A DNA stretch of 63,414 nt, the filler included, from Octopus bimaculoides (lineage: Eukaryota), in assembly GCF_001194135.2 (NCBI RefSeq). It is 6 parts of 6 records of this genome, joined end to end, with 100 filler letters (N's around TTAATTAATTAA, not from the genome) between each part and the next. Parts side by side here need not be neighbours in the genome. Positions count along the whole stretch, not along the records: positions 21,863 to 35,364 come from NC_069004.1; positions 35,465 to 61,291 come from NC_068992.1; 4 more parts are not named here. One strand, written 5' to 3'. A model generated the notes under the pieces. It searched no databases and was not told where the DNA came from. It saw only the letters and a program-made list of their open reading frames with translations. Of the stretch, positions 26,226 through 39,759 are shown piece by piece (the first letter of the stretch is position 1; each line of letters opens with the position of its first letter). A program made the translations under genes and the position numbers.

Positions 26226-26427
26226 GCTGCCTTAGTAGCACTGTGGAATATTGATGAGATAATTTACAAACTCCTCCTCATGTTAATTGCTGTTGATGTA
26301 ACCCAACATCTTTTACTCTGCATTCTGGACTGTACACTGTATATATCATGTAAATATGTGAAATCAGTGTTCCAAAGATATCTACAGTAAATTAGGTGAT
26401 AATTCGATCTGTGTAAACTTTCTGTGA

Positions 26428-26459
<32 letters not shown>

Positions 26460-26569
26460 GCGCCCGCTGAGGCATGCTATTTAAGTATAATAATAATAGA
26501 GATTGTAATTAGGCAATTATAGTGATGTTCATGGCAACTGACTATACACTCTGTAGATATCTGCTGTAT

Positions 26570-26601
<32 letters not shown>

Positions 26602-26767
26602 CTGGATATAGATACTGATTGTTGACAGTAAGTGAATATACATTAGCTCCCTACCTCCACTAAATCTATGACTGTATAGACATCACTTGTTTGTGTAGCG
26701 TATGTCTGTGTGTATAGACATATGATATACATGCATGCACATTTGTGCATATATATGTATATATATA

Positions 26768-26802
<35 letters not shown>

Positions 26803-27064
26803 NNNNNNNNNNNNNNNNNNNNNNNNNNNNNNNNNNNNNNNNNNNNNNTATATATATATATATATATATATATATCTGAGCTACATCTTGTGACTAAAAT
26901 AGCTCATTCTTAACACCCTCTCATATCTACCATTAATGCCTCATCACCACTACCACCACTTTTGTTTGCCACTAGTATATCCACCACTACATACCCCTAA
27001 CCTCCATCTCTGTCACTGTGTGTGCGTGTGTCTGTCTTTGCCTCTTTTTCTCCCTCTTTTATCT

Positions 27065-27815
27065 TCTATTCTTTACTTGTTTCACTCGTTAGGCTGTTAA
27101 CCACCTTGAAGAATTTTTAGTCAAATGAATCCACCCCAGTACTTATGTTTTCTTTTTCTTTTTTTATGAGCCTGATACATATTCTATGAGTCTCTTTTGC
27201 TGAACTGCTAAGTTACAAGGATGTAAACACACCAACAATGGTTGCAAACAGTTGGGTGTGTTGGGGGCAGGGAAAACAAGCACACACACACACATGATGT
27301 GCTTCTTTCAGTCTCTGTCTACCAAATCCACTCATTTGACTGGGCCAGGCTATGCAGAACCATGTGGCTGGCAGGCAAACTTCTTACCACACAGCCACAC
27401 CTGCACCTATATATATATATATGTGTGTGTGTGCATGTGTCGCAAAGATTACACTGTCTAGTATAGCCTGCTTCAACTCTTTTTTTACTGTGTTTTGATG
27501 AACCGCTAAGTTGTTGGGATGTAAACACAGGTTGTGAAGTGGTGGTGGGGAACCAACACAGATTCAGAGACAAACACACATGCATACACGCACTTACATG
27601 CACACACACAAACATGCACACATGCACACGCGCATACACACATGCACCCATACACACACTATGAATTTCTTTCTGTTTCTGTCTACCAAATCCATTCTCA
27701 AAGCTTTGGTTGGCTTGAGGCTATAGGAGAAGACATTGGCCCAAAGTGTCGCACAGTGCGACTGAACACAGAACCATGTGGCCAGGAGGCAAGCTCCTTA
27801 GCCCACAGCCCCGCC
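27065..27815 (-). mobile_element. Two tandem SINE family A copies (~27065-27405 and ~27460-27815)
   Basis: Reverse-complement tails and heads (cttaccacacagccacacctgc; cccacagccccgc). Confidence 0.75.
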
Positions 27816-28103
27816 TACACATTAAATCACTTTATATCAAAGAACTTGGTATCAAGCAACCAGGTTTGGTCTGAGGCATTTTGGTTCCAAAAGGGTTAAT
27901 GAAAAGACATACAATGTGATGTGAGAAAGATTTGGCTGCTATGTCTAGCATTTTTAGTATCACATAGTCTCCCTCAGTTGTTCACTATGTCAGGACATAT
28001 AAAGTGCATGATTATTAACCAACTTTTCAACGTCAATTCGTTAGATTCAACTGTCCATTCACATTAGAGGGAAAATTAATTTTTGATTTACTCAGTTTTA
28101 TTA

Positions 28104-28136
<33 letters not shown>

Positions 28137-28409
28137 GTGTCATTATTGTTGTAATTAATGTTATAGTGGGGTGGTGGTGGTGAAAGCAATTTTACTTTTC
28201 CATGTTGGTTCCAACCTTGAAAATGCAGGCAAAGAGGTTGTGTGTGGTGATATGCACTAGCACTTACTTACATGTTCAATGTATTTCTGTGTGCATTTGT
28301 GTGTGTGTGTGCATGTGCATGTGTGTGTTCCTGAGTGAGTGTGAGTAAGTTTAGGTGGGTGCATTCTTACATACACACATGAATATGTATGTATAAATAT
28401 ACATATTTA

Positions 28410-28459
<50 letters not shown>

Positions 28460-29015
28460 CATGAATATATATATATATATATATGTATGAATATATTTAT
28501 ATATATATATATGTAATGTATGAATATATTTATATATGTATATGTATGAATATATATATATATGTATGTGTATATGTATATATATCTATGTATATATATG
28601 TGTATATATATATGTATATATCTATTTATATATATATATATGCATGTATATAAATGTATGTCTATATATATATTAGTTTTTTCACTCTTATTATCTTTTA
28701 TATATATNNNNNNNNNNNNNNNNNNNNNNNNNNNNNNNNNNNNNNNNNNNNNNNNNNNNNNNNNNNNNNNNNNNNNNNNNNNNNNNNNNNNNNNNNNNNN
28801 NNNNNNNNNNNNNNNNNNNNNNNNNNNNNNNNNNNNNNNNNNNNNNNNNNNNNNNNNNNNNNNNNNNNNNNNNNNNNNNNNNNNNNNNNNNNNNNNNNNN
28901 NNNNNNNNNNNNNNNNNNNNNNNNNNNNNNNNNNATATATATATATACAGAACTGCACACATACACACACCCCCACACACACATGCAAAAACACTATACA
29001 CAGATACGTTTCTAG

Positions 29016-29117
29016 GTAGGAAAGCTGCAACAAGCGCTACGGCGGTATCAAGAAACAGACAAAAGGCATGAGAAAGCCTACATGCACAAGCAGAACAATA
29101 ACACCAACAGGGAGATC

Positions 29118-29149
<32 letters not shown>

Positions 29150-29314
29150 CCACAACAACCACAACAACATTCGGATGCACTTAGTTCTCTTCTGTAGGTA
29201 TTGTTTTGCTCTGAACAGATTCAGCGAAGGTTGCGTCAGTTCTTTCTGTCGATTACCTGCGTGTGCCGGAGGTGGAGTGGACGGGGTGGTTACGGCTGGG
29301 TGGGAAGAGGATAG
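29016..29314 (+). CDS. Candidate exon encoding a poly-Asn tract, unidentified
   Basis: tttctag| acceptor, AG|gtaacg donor (alternative AG|gtattg after 29197); open frame VGKLQQALRRYQETDKRHEKAYMHKQNNNTNREIN10HNNHNNIRMHLVLFC... Confidence 0.25.
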
Positions 29315-30214
29315 GTAACGTTATGGAACATGCACTTACTCCCTTATCTATGTATATATGTGTGTGTATCTGTGTGTGTGTGAGTGTGTCTATACGCGTG
29401 AGTGCATGCATGTGTGTTTACATGTGATGTAATATATGTGAATATGCATATAGTTGTATTTATGACAGTGTGTATATAGACATTATATATGTATATGTAT
29501 ATGCATTATGTGCACTTATATGTGTTTGGGAATGAGGATATAGGATAAATACGTGTATGTATATCTATACATATATGCATATAATGTGTGTGTATAAATA
29601 TATGTGTGCTTGTGTGCATTATGTACATTTATATGTATGGATATGTGTATATATATGTGTGTGTGTGAGTAAGTGTGTATGTTATGTACATTATATATAT
29701 ATATTAAAATATATGTAAATGTTTGGGTATAGCTGGAATTTTAAAACTATGTCCAACACATACATGCATAGAGCTATACATGTAAGCACGTGCACATATT
29801 CAGACACACACACACATGCACTCACTCATGCCCACACAAATGCACACACGCAATATCAGTAAGTACCTCTGTGCATCTGTGTCTCAGTAAGTCGCTACCG
29901 TAACGAATATATATACAAATGCAGTTGCATTCAGCCAGAGGAGCTGCACCAAAAACTGCATGATTCTTATACCACTGTTACTGGAGCATGAAAATGTTCT
30001 ATGTCTTGGTGCACTGATGCGTCTTTGCATTTTTTGTGCAAGTTGCACATTGTGTGGTTCCTTACAAAGAACAATGGCAGCTATTTTCAATGCTGATTGG
30101 TAAAATTCTTGCACTTTATATAAATATGTGCATGTCTAACTATATGTGTACACACATGTTACGTATGTGTGTGTGTGTGTGCGTGTGTGTGTGTATATAT
30201 ATATATAAATATTC

Positions 30215-30253
<39 letters not shown>

Positions 30254-30539
30254 TACACATATATATGCATAACTGCAAAGATATGTGTGCACACATGTAC
30301 AGACAGGTGTTTACGCATGGTTGTGTATGTGTGTGTATGTATGTCTGTATATGGTACATTTCTGTGCATATCTATGTATATGTGTGAGTGTGTGTATACA
30401 TGTACATGAATGTGCTGCTATGTTTGCATGCATGTGAGTGTTGACACACGTGTGTGTATATGCAGGCACACACACATATGTATACACATCTCTGTGTGTA
30501 AATTTGTTTACACAAATGCGGAAGTATTCATTCAATGTA

Positions 30540-31430
30540 TGGAAAATACTCTTTCTTTACTTTGAATTTCCCATGACCTTGAACAAGTTCTTCAGTTCTT
30601 CATTCCTCGTACATCACAACCCTTCACCTTCTACTGACATGCTGATATGGAGCAGATATTAACCCTTTAGCATTAAGATTATTCTAAACTAATTAATGTT
30701 TATTTATTTACATTGTTTTCACTTAATCATGCATTGTCTCATAACTTTGAGATTTTGATGATGTAATTAATTATTTTCAGAACGACAGTGTAGAGTAGGT
30801 GTGAGTGGCCTGATATGACTAGTTTAAATGCTAAGGGGTTAATTAAGATATAACGAAGCTTCTTAAATGCTAGCTTCTCAGCCATATTCCCGAGAATGTG
30901 TGCTGCTTTGTCCTCCAACACAGTTGGCCTACATACAGAGATGCCACAGTTCTCTGTGCCAGGGCAACATGGAAAAGTTAGCTTCAGTTTGGCTGGACTC
31001 TTGGATGCTTCAGTAATTTCCTGTGAGTCTACCATCTATCATGGTCTCCCATGCATGTTCTTAATTCATCAACATATGCCATTCTACTGTGCTGAATGAA
31101 GCAAGTTGTCTAAATAGCTTGGATACTTTCTTCAACTGACTACCATAAGACCTGTTGACACAGTTCTTCTGGCGTCTGATGAAACAACCAACAATTCTCA
31201 TTCTTCTCTACCAAATCTTCTCAGTAGCATTGAGTAGATCTTGATAAAGCTGCTTCTTGGTTCATTGAGCTCTCCATGTAACATTCAGAACCATTCTTTT
31301 ATAGCAGGCATCTATTTGTTTTCCAAGCTTTTTGGTGAGGATCCAAGTTTCAGTACAGTATAACAAAAGTGACTCTTACTGCGGAGACAAACAACCTACT
31401 TTTCAATGTACATGCCATCGTAGAGATGAT
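30540..31430 (-). mobile_element. Decayed RTE-like LINE C-terminal remnant
   Basis: Minus-strand fragments such as RMVLNVTWR, LY.DL....EKI..RRMR...H.R.PEE resemble the post-RT region of RTE ORFs; heavily mutated. Confidence 0.5.
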
Positions 31431-31789
31431 GTAACCAATGAAGACATTCTAAAGAGAGCAAGCAAATGACCATTAAATAAACAAAGATTAAAACTAGCAG
31501 GTCGCATGCTCCAGTTACCAGAACAATGTCATCCTAAAACCACTTTCAAATGAAAATCACCAGAGGTTAAAAAAAAATGACTGGAAACTATATGGTGCGG
31601 AAATTCATAACCGACGTGAGAGGGGACAATATCACATGACTGGATGGAGAGAAAACTGTAGCCAAGAGAAGCCAGTGGCATCAGCTTGCTGTTGAATGTG
31701 CTTGAGAGCAGAAGAGGAACTGATACTAATATGGGAGGAGCCAATGTCACATGAGAGGAGCCAGTGTCACATGATAGCATCTATTTTTG

Positions 31790-32090
31790 TCTCTTCCTTG
31801 TTTCTGTCATTAGACTACTGCCATACTGGGTTTCCGTCTTGAAGAATTTTTCTCAAGCAAATCATCCTTGTTACTTATTTTCTTTTTAAGTCTGCTACTT
31901 ATTCTGCTGGTTCTTTACAAAACTGCTAAGTTATGGGGATATAAACACACCAACACTGGTTGTCAAGTGCTGGTGGATAACAAATGCAGACACAAACACA
32001 TATATGTGAATATATATATATATATATATATATGACAGGCTTCTTTTAGTTTCTGTCTACCAAATCCACTCACAAGGCTTTTGTTGGGCC
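31790..32090 (-). mobile_element. SINE family A 3' and middle part
   Basis: ctgctaagttatggggatataaacacaccaacactggttgtcaag...gtttctgtctaccaaatccactcacaaggc. Confidence 0.75.
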
Positions 32091-32202
32091 CAAGGCTATT
32101 TCCCATTTGCTGTAGAAATCAAAGGAAATGACTGCTATTCCCTTCAAACTTTGCTTTTGTGATCTGGACATCAATGTTTTGAAACTGTCCTATTTTCCGT
32201 TA

Positions 32203-32910
32203 CATGTCATCAGACATCACAAGGGCATTAGTTTTTATTTCCAATTCAGAAATGGTTTGCTTATTGTTGCATTTCCAAGGAAGGGTTCTAGATAAACAGA
32301 AAAAGGGTTGTTCTAAGCATGTAGATAAATTCTGCATTAGTTTTGACAAAATGCTGTAGGATTGAACCTGGAACAATGTAGTACGGAGCTCTATGAGTTA
32401 AGGGCATTTTCATAATGTTTCATAAAAATTTATTTTATCAAATGAACTTTTGTTTCAATTTTTCTCTTAAGCAGCAGGAGACCAAGGTTCAAGCTCAGCC
32501 AACAGTTAGGAGACCCATAGGTAGACCATGAGTGAGCTGTTTGGGAGCAATATTCCATTGTGGGCCTTGGTCGAACTTTGAGGAAAGAATTTAATGAGGG
32601 CAGTGATGAGAAATTTTAGATTTCTTCAATGATTTACACCAGGAACCAGAACAGTTGGAAATACAGTCTCAGGTGGTATATTAGTTAGGACTAATGTTTT
32701 GAGCAAGTGTTTTGTTTCTTCTCTGCATGAGGGGACTCTATCTCTAAAATATTAGTGTCCATGTCATCAAACATCACAAGGATGTTAGTTTTTATTTCCA
32801 ATTCAGAAATGGTTTGCTTATCATTGCATTTCCAAGGAAGGGTTCTAGATAAACAGAAAAAGGGTTGTTCTAAACATGTAGATAAATTCTGCATTAGTTT
32901 TGACAAAATA
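32203..32910. repeat. ~150-bp direct repeat pair (32203-32352 and 32760-32910)
   Basis: catgtcatcaRacatcacaagg...ttctgcattagttttgacaaaat occurs twice with few mismatches. Confidence 0.9.
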
Positions 32911-33034
32911 TTTCACTCTTTAACATTTAATCCAGCCAAATCCAGCCCAAATATTTGACTTCTTTTCTGTTGAAACCAGCCAGATCCGGCCTCTCACACC
33001 TACCCTACAATGTTATTCTAGAATCAAGCAATCA

Positions 33035-33620
33035 GGTGCAGATGTGGCTGTGTGGTAAGAAGTTTGTTTCCCAACCACATGGTCCCAGGTTCAGTCCCTT
33101 TGCATGGTACCTTGAGCAAGTGTCTTCTGCTATAGCCTTAGGCCAACCAAAGCCTTGTGAGTGGATGTGGAAGACAGAAACTGGAAGAAGCCCATTGTAT
33201 ATATGTATATCTATGTGTGTGTGTCTTTGTGCTTGTCCTCCAACACTACTTGACAACTGCTGTTGGTGTGTTTACATCCCCTGTAACTTAGTGGTTTGGC
33301 AAAATAAATATGTACTGGGGTCAAGCCATTGTCATTCAACTAAAATTTCAGGTCAGTGCCCCAGTATGGCCACAGTCTAATGACTGAAACAAGTAAAAGA
33401 TGATATTTGTGTGTGTGTCTTTGTTTGTCCCCCACCACTGCTTGACAATTGTTGTTGGTTTGTTAACATCCCCTTAGCTTAGTGGCTTGGTGAAGAGCGA
33501 TCTATAGAATAAGTACCAGGTTTTTAAAAAATAGGAAACAAAAGTACTGGGGTCGATTCATTCTTCAAGGCAGTGCCCCAGTATGGCCACCATCTCAAGA
33601 CTGAAACAAATGAAAGAAAA
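33035..33620 (+). mobile_element. SINE family A full copy plus a duplicated 3' half
   Basis: Head at 33035, tail at ~33400; second body and tail at 33405-33620. Confidence 0.8.
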
Positions 33621-34244
33621 AATGGAAATCACATTGTCAAAATCTCAGCTCTGAGACAGGGGAATCTTAATGGTAAGGACGAAGAAGAAGCTGAATAAAG
33701 ACTACATTGTTATCAAATGGTGAACATTTGAGAATGTTGTAATCTCAATATCATTTATTCTGTGCTGTAAACCAATCAGCAGACTATAGCTAACATTGTA
33801 ACAGGATTTTTGTCCTTGGGTAGCAAATGTTATTTCCTCCTTTGCTTATCCCTAGAAAGTATGAAAAAGGGGCAAATATTTCCTTCAAACTTTACTTTTG
33901 TTACATTTATTCGAACCCCAAAGAATCCTTCTCAACACATGTTCTCCCACTATTCCTGCTCATGATCAGAGGTGCATGTATTGTCAGCCACTAAGGAACA
34001 TGCTCAAGTGGTTACGGTCAAGCAACTGACAAACAAATCTGTGGTATTGAGCAGAATATTTACTCTAACAATATTTCTGTTTTGACAACTCAGGGCTGAA
34101 TCTCTCTGAAATGTAATGGAAAATTGGTCAGTTTCAAATAAGAATTTTGTTACACAGTTTAATTGTTTTGTTTTTTTTTCCTGTCACTAGGCCTTTTCCT
34201 TCACCTTTTTCTAAAAATGATATCTATTGGGCTTGTTGGCAATA

Positions 34245-34655
34245 AACTGGCAGAATTGTTAGCATGCCAGATGAAATGCTTGGTGGTGTTTTGTCTGTCC
34301 TTACGTTCTGAGTTCAAATTCTTATTTCTTCATTGCCCACAAGGTGCTAAACATAGAGGGGACAAACAAGGACAGACAGAGGGATTAAGTCGATTACATC
34401 GACCCCAGTGCATAACTGGTACTTAATTTATCGACCCTGAAAGGATGAAAGGCAAAGTTGACCTCAGCGGAATTTGAACTCAGAACATAATGGCAGACGA
34501 AATATCATTAAGCCTTTCGCCTGGCATGCTAACGATTCTGCCAGCTTGCCTCCTTCTGAGTTCAAATTCTGCTGAGGTCGACTTTGCCTTTCAACCTTTT
34601 GGGGTTGATAAAGTAAGTTCAAGTTGAGCACTGGGATCAATGTAATTGACTTAAC
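34245..34655. mobile_element. SINE family B (+) interrupted by an antisense family B copy with a 17-bp TSD
   Basis: TTCTGAGTTCAAATTCT at 34306-34322 and 34554-34570 flanks a minus-strand full copy at 34323-34553. Confidence 0.9.
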
Positions 34656-35319
34656 CACTTCTGGATAAAAGTATAAAAACGAAAACTTTATCCCTTTGCC
34701 AAGCCATGTTGAGCCGATGTTGCAGAATAGGTTCATCCTAACCAGTATGAGCTGAAGCTAAAATTCATGGCCTCCACATCGGACCGTGGTTGGTGGAGAG
34801 AATATGCTGAGGTCTTTAGTTCTGTATTGAACTGAACATAACTGAGGTAGCTTGTCACGTAAACTTTCTGATTTCTCGAATATTGGCACATGCCCAGAAG
34901 TTAGGAAAAGCTTCAACGGAATGCAAATAGACAGATAGATAGATCAATCGATAAGTAGATCGTTGGATAGGTAAATGACATGGGAATTTGGTAATAGATA
35001 GAGGGATACACGGGTTAATACAGCTAGTTAGACAGCTAGGTAAATGGGTGGGTGGGTTTTTGAACAGACAGGTAGATAAGTAGATACATAGGTAGGTATG
35101 TAAGTAGGTAGATAGCTAGCAATAACTGGTTGGATGAATTGATAAATATGTAGAAAGAGATGTAGATAGATCATCCATCCATCCATCCATATATATATAT
35201 ATATCACGGTGGTGCACCAGCATGACCGCAGCCACTTGGCTGAACCACATAAATAAATAAATAAAAAATATCCTCTCTCACCTTTCTCCCTTATACTCTC
35301 CCTCTCTTTCTCTCATGTG

Positions 35320-35364
<45 letters not shown>

Positions 35365-36080
35365 NNNNNNNNNNNNNNNNNNNNNNNNNNNNNNNNNNNN
35401 NNNNNNNNTTAATTAATTAANNNNNNNNNNNNNNNNNNNNNNNNNNNNNNNNNNNNNNNNNNNNTATATATATATATATATATGACACGACACGCACATA
35501 TTCCCTCTCCTTTGAGAGCTTCTTTCGTTCTCTCTCAATCTCTTTTTTCTATGTCTTTTGTGTAAAACCTGTTGTAAGAACCAAATTTCATCTCCATTTC
35601 CGGAGTGAATTGAGATTTATAACTAAACAGATCAATGGTAAATACAAATGCACTAACACATACATTTGCTCTAGCACATACACACATACATATATGCAAA
35701 CATGCGCACACACGCACACCCATATGTGCACACACACACACACACACACAGATACATATACACATACATATAGGCATTCATACCCATTCATTCACGCTAT
35801 CACACCATTATATATATATGCACACACGCACACGCACGCATACACATACTCACGCAAACACGCATGCGTTCAGGCCAGCAATGTACACACTAACACAGAC
35901 TCACAAATATTCACACCTTCACATGCACACACAGGCACTAGAGTCTCGTACTTAACCAACCACCACTCACATACACATACACACACATACCTCTATATAT
36001 GCAAACACCTACCTACACACTTGTGCACGTATGCTTATATCACAGCGTCACACTATATATATATATATTCCCTTATTCCT

Positions 36081-36303
36081 TTATTCTTTTACTTGTTTCA
36101 ATCCCTTGTCTGCGGCTATACAGGAGTGCCGCCTTTAATGAAACAATTCGACCCCAGGATCTATTCTTTTTAAGCCTAGTACCTATTCTATTGGTTTCTT
36201 TTGCCGAACCGCTAATTCGCAGGGACGTAAACACACCAACATTAGTTGTCGAGCGATGCTGGGGTACAAACACAGACACACAAATACACACATGCACATA
36301 CAC

Positions 36304-36346
<43 letters not shown>

Positions 36347-36810
36347 TATATATATATATATATNNNNNNNNNNNNNNNNNNNNNNNNNNNNNNNNNNNNN
36401 NNNNNNNNNNNNNNNNNNNNNNNNNNNNNNNNNNNNNNNNNNNNNNNNNNNNNNNNNNNNNNNNNNNNNNNNNNNNNNNNNNNNNNNNNNNNNNNNNNNN
36501 NNNNNNNNNNNNNNNNNNNNNNNNNNNNNNNNNNNNNNNNNNNNNNNNNNNNNNNNNNNNNNNNNNNNNNNNNNNNNNNNNNNNNNNNNNNNNNNNNNNN
36601 NNNNNNNNNNNNNNNNNNNNNNNNNNNNNNNNNNNNNATATATACACGACGGACTTCTTTCAGTTTCCGTCTACCAAATCCTCTCACAGGTCTTTGATGG
36701 ACCAGGGGCTATAGTAACAAACACTTGCCTGAGGTGCCATTCAGTGAGGCCGAACCAGGAACCAAGTGGTCGGGAAGCAAGCTTCTTTACACACAGCCAC
36801 TCCTGCGCCT
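36081..36810 (-). mobile_element. SINE family A full-length copy spanning a microsatellite and gap
   Basis: Tail at 36081, head ...acacagccactcctgcgcct at 36810. Confidence 0.85.
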
Positions 36811-36814
36811 AGAT

Positions 36815-36846
<32 letters not shown>

Positions 36847-37173
36847 ACACGCACACGCACACACACATACACACACACGTGATAATGTTTCAGAACCAAC
36901 ACACACAGATATCAACTAGACAGGATTAACCTAATATATACTTTCTCATATTTACCAAAGCACACCACGCATGCGCAGATTCAGAGCTACATACGTAGCA
37001 TAAACATCATAAGGCACGCGCAAGAGTACTTCCAACATACATACAGATTTATACTGTCGTATATGCTTTCTCCTCATTCGGTAATGACAACACATACACA
37101 CATACATTCATGCAAACAAACACGCATATAAACGCACAGATAAACACACATATCCATTTATAGACAGACTGAC

Positions 37174-37230
<57 letters not shown>

Positions 37231-37308
37231 GATAGATAGATAGGTAGGTAGATAGATAGATAGAGAGAGAGAGAAATAGATACATACATACATACATACA
37301 TGCATACA

Positions 37309-37351
<43 letters not shown>

Positions 37352-37548
37352 TTTTGTACGTCTCTACATGTGCATCGTGTGTGTGTGCGTGCATGCGTCC
37401 ATGCGTGCTGAGAGAGAGATACCTATATATGTATGTTTGTACCTATATATATGTATCTATTTATGTATGTATAAATAGATACATACATGAATATATGGAT
37501 ACATAAATATATATATGTACATATACATGTATACATATACACACACAC

Positions 37549-37589
<41 letters not shown>

Positions 37590-38490
37590 TATATATATAT
37601 AAAAATANNNNNNNNNNNNNNNNNNNNNNNNNNNNNNNNNNNNNNNNNNNNNNNNNNNNNNNNNNNNNNNNNNNNNNNNNNNNNNNNNNNNNNNNNNNNN
37701 NNNNNNNNNNNNNNNNNNNNNNNNNNNNNNNNNNNNNNNNNNNNNNNNNNNNNNNNNNNNNNNNNNNNNNNNNNNNNNNNNNNNNNNNNNNNNNNNNNNN
37801 NNNNNNNNNNNNNNNNNNNNNNNNNNNNNNNNNNNNNNNNNNNNNNNNNNNNNNNNNNNNNNNNNNNNNNNNNNNNNNNNNNNNNNNNNNNNNNNNNNNN
37901 NNNNNNNNNNNNNNNNNNNNNNNNNNNNNNNNNNNNNNNNNNNNNNNNNNNNNNNNNNNNNNNNNNNNNNNNNNNNNNNNNNNNNNNNNNNNNNNNNNNN
38001 NNNNNNNNNNNNNNNNNNNNNNNNNNNNNNNNNNNNNNNNNNNNNNNNNNNNNNNNNNNNNNNNNNNNNNNNNNNNNNNNNNNNNNNNNNNNNNNNNNNN
38101 NNNNNNNNNNNNNNNNNNNNNNNNNNNNNNNNNNNNNNNNNNNNNNNNNNNNNNNNNNNNNNNNNNNNNNNNNNNNNNNNNNNNNNNNNNNNNNNNNNNN
38201 NNNNNNNNNNNNNNNNNNNNNNNNNNNNNNNNNNNNNNNNNNNNNNNNNNNNNNNNNNNNNNNNNNNNNNNNNNNNNNNNNNNNNNNNNNNNNNNNNNNN
38301 NNNNNNNNNNNNNNNNNNNNNNNNNNNNNNNNNNNNNNNNNNNNNNNNNNNNNNNNNNNNNNNNNNNNNNNNNNNNNNNNNNNNNNNNNNNNNNNNNNNN
38401 NNNNNNNNNNNNNNNNNNNNNNNNNNNNNNNNNNNNNNNNNNNNNNNNNNNNNNNNNNNNNNNNNNNNNNNNNNNNNNNNNNNNNNNNNN

Positions 38491-38525
<35 letters not shown>

Positions 38526-38689
38526 ACATAATGCATAGACATATGTATATAGACATAAATATATAAAGAGAGTGAGAGAAACAAATGGATATGTACGTAT
38601 ATATGCGTGAATTTAAAATCTATACTATGCCTTTTATATGTATATATGTAAATGATATACACATACCTATGTTTGTCTGTATAGATAGG

Positions 38690-38728
<39 letters not shown>

Positions 38729-38729
38729 G

Positions 38730-38771
<42 letters not shown>

Positions 38772-39759
38772 CATACATACATACATACATAAATACATAC
38801 ATACATACATACATACATAGATGTGTGTGTGAGAGAGAGGGATCGAGAGAGGTTGTGAAAGCATACTCAATACTTTAACGTCTCTAATTATCAAAGTTAT
38901 TATGCCCAGACGCTGTCCAACGCATGTTATTAATCTTAGGAACATTATAGGGATTTACTGTTAAGCATGCCTCTCAAAATAATGCATTTGCGACTGTGAA
39001 AGGTTCTCATCCATTGACCTTACAACGTTCCGTATAACAGATTTTTAATAGTATGTACAGACACAAAACACATTCATCCAAGCACAAACCGGATAAATTT
39101 GCTAATTTTGTGAAACAATGGCAACAAATCCCGTGTAAAATATTAGTTCCTTATGAAATTTTATCGAATTCTTAAAAACAAAATGGGCACAAAGAACCAC
39201 ACTCCAGGGTTATCTCTCGTCAGTGTCTGCTACTGAGGAAGGCTAAAGAACCAGAAACATGCGCCTGAGAGTACGATAGGGAAAGCAGTGTGCAGATACG
39301 GTGTTTGTACACTTTTCCCTACGGCAGAGATTTTTTACTCGAAGGTAACTGCAATTAATTTGCCTTTATAAGTTACTGCATGTCACAAATATATTTTAAC
39401 TAACCAAAAGTTTGTTTATTTCTAATTATTGCTTGGTGTTGGTGCTTGTATATTTATCCCGTCTAGGTGCTACAATGTCGCAACTAAGTCACTGATGTTT
39501 AATTTACTTAGTTGAATCGATGATATGAATCTTCCTATGGTATTTCCCATTGAGAGAGGTTAGAGAGCCAGAAACGTGCGTCTGGAAATTCTATAGGGGA
39601 ATCGCTGGGCAGATGTGATGTTTTGACATTTTTCACGTTAAGAGATCGTTTTTCTCCTTGGTAACTGTAGTGGAGTTAACTTTTGCATTTAAAATCAAAT
39701 GCCACAAACATCTTTTTAACCAACATAAATTTCATAGATATAATATGCTATGTATCTCC

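Noticed and set aside
1801-38818. Long ORFs rich in X, YI, CV, HT, MYVC or YLSI in the supplied track
   Set aside because: They are read-through of N gaps and (AT)n, (GT)n, (ATAC)n or (GATA)n microsatellites
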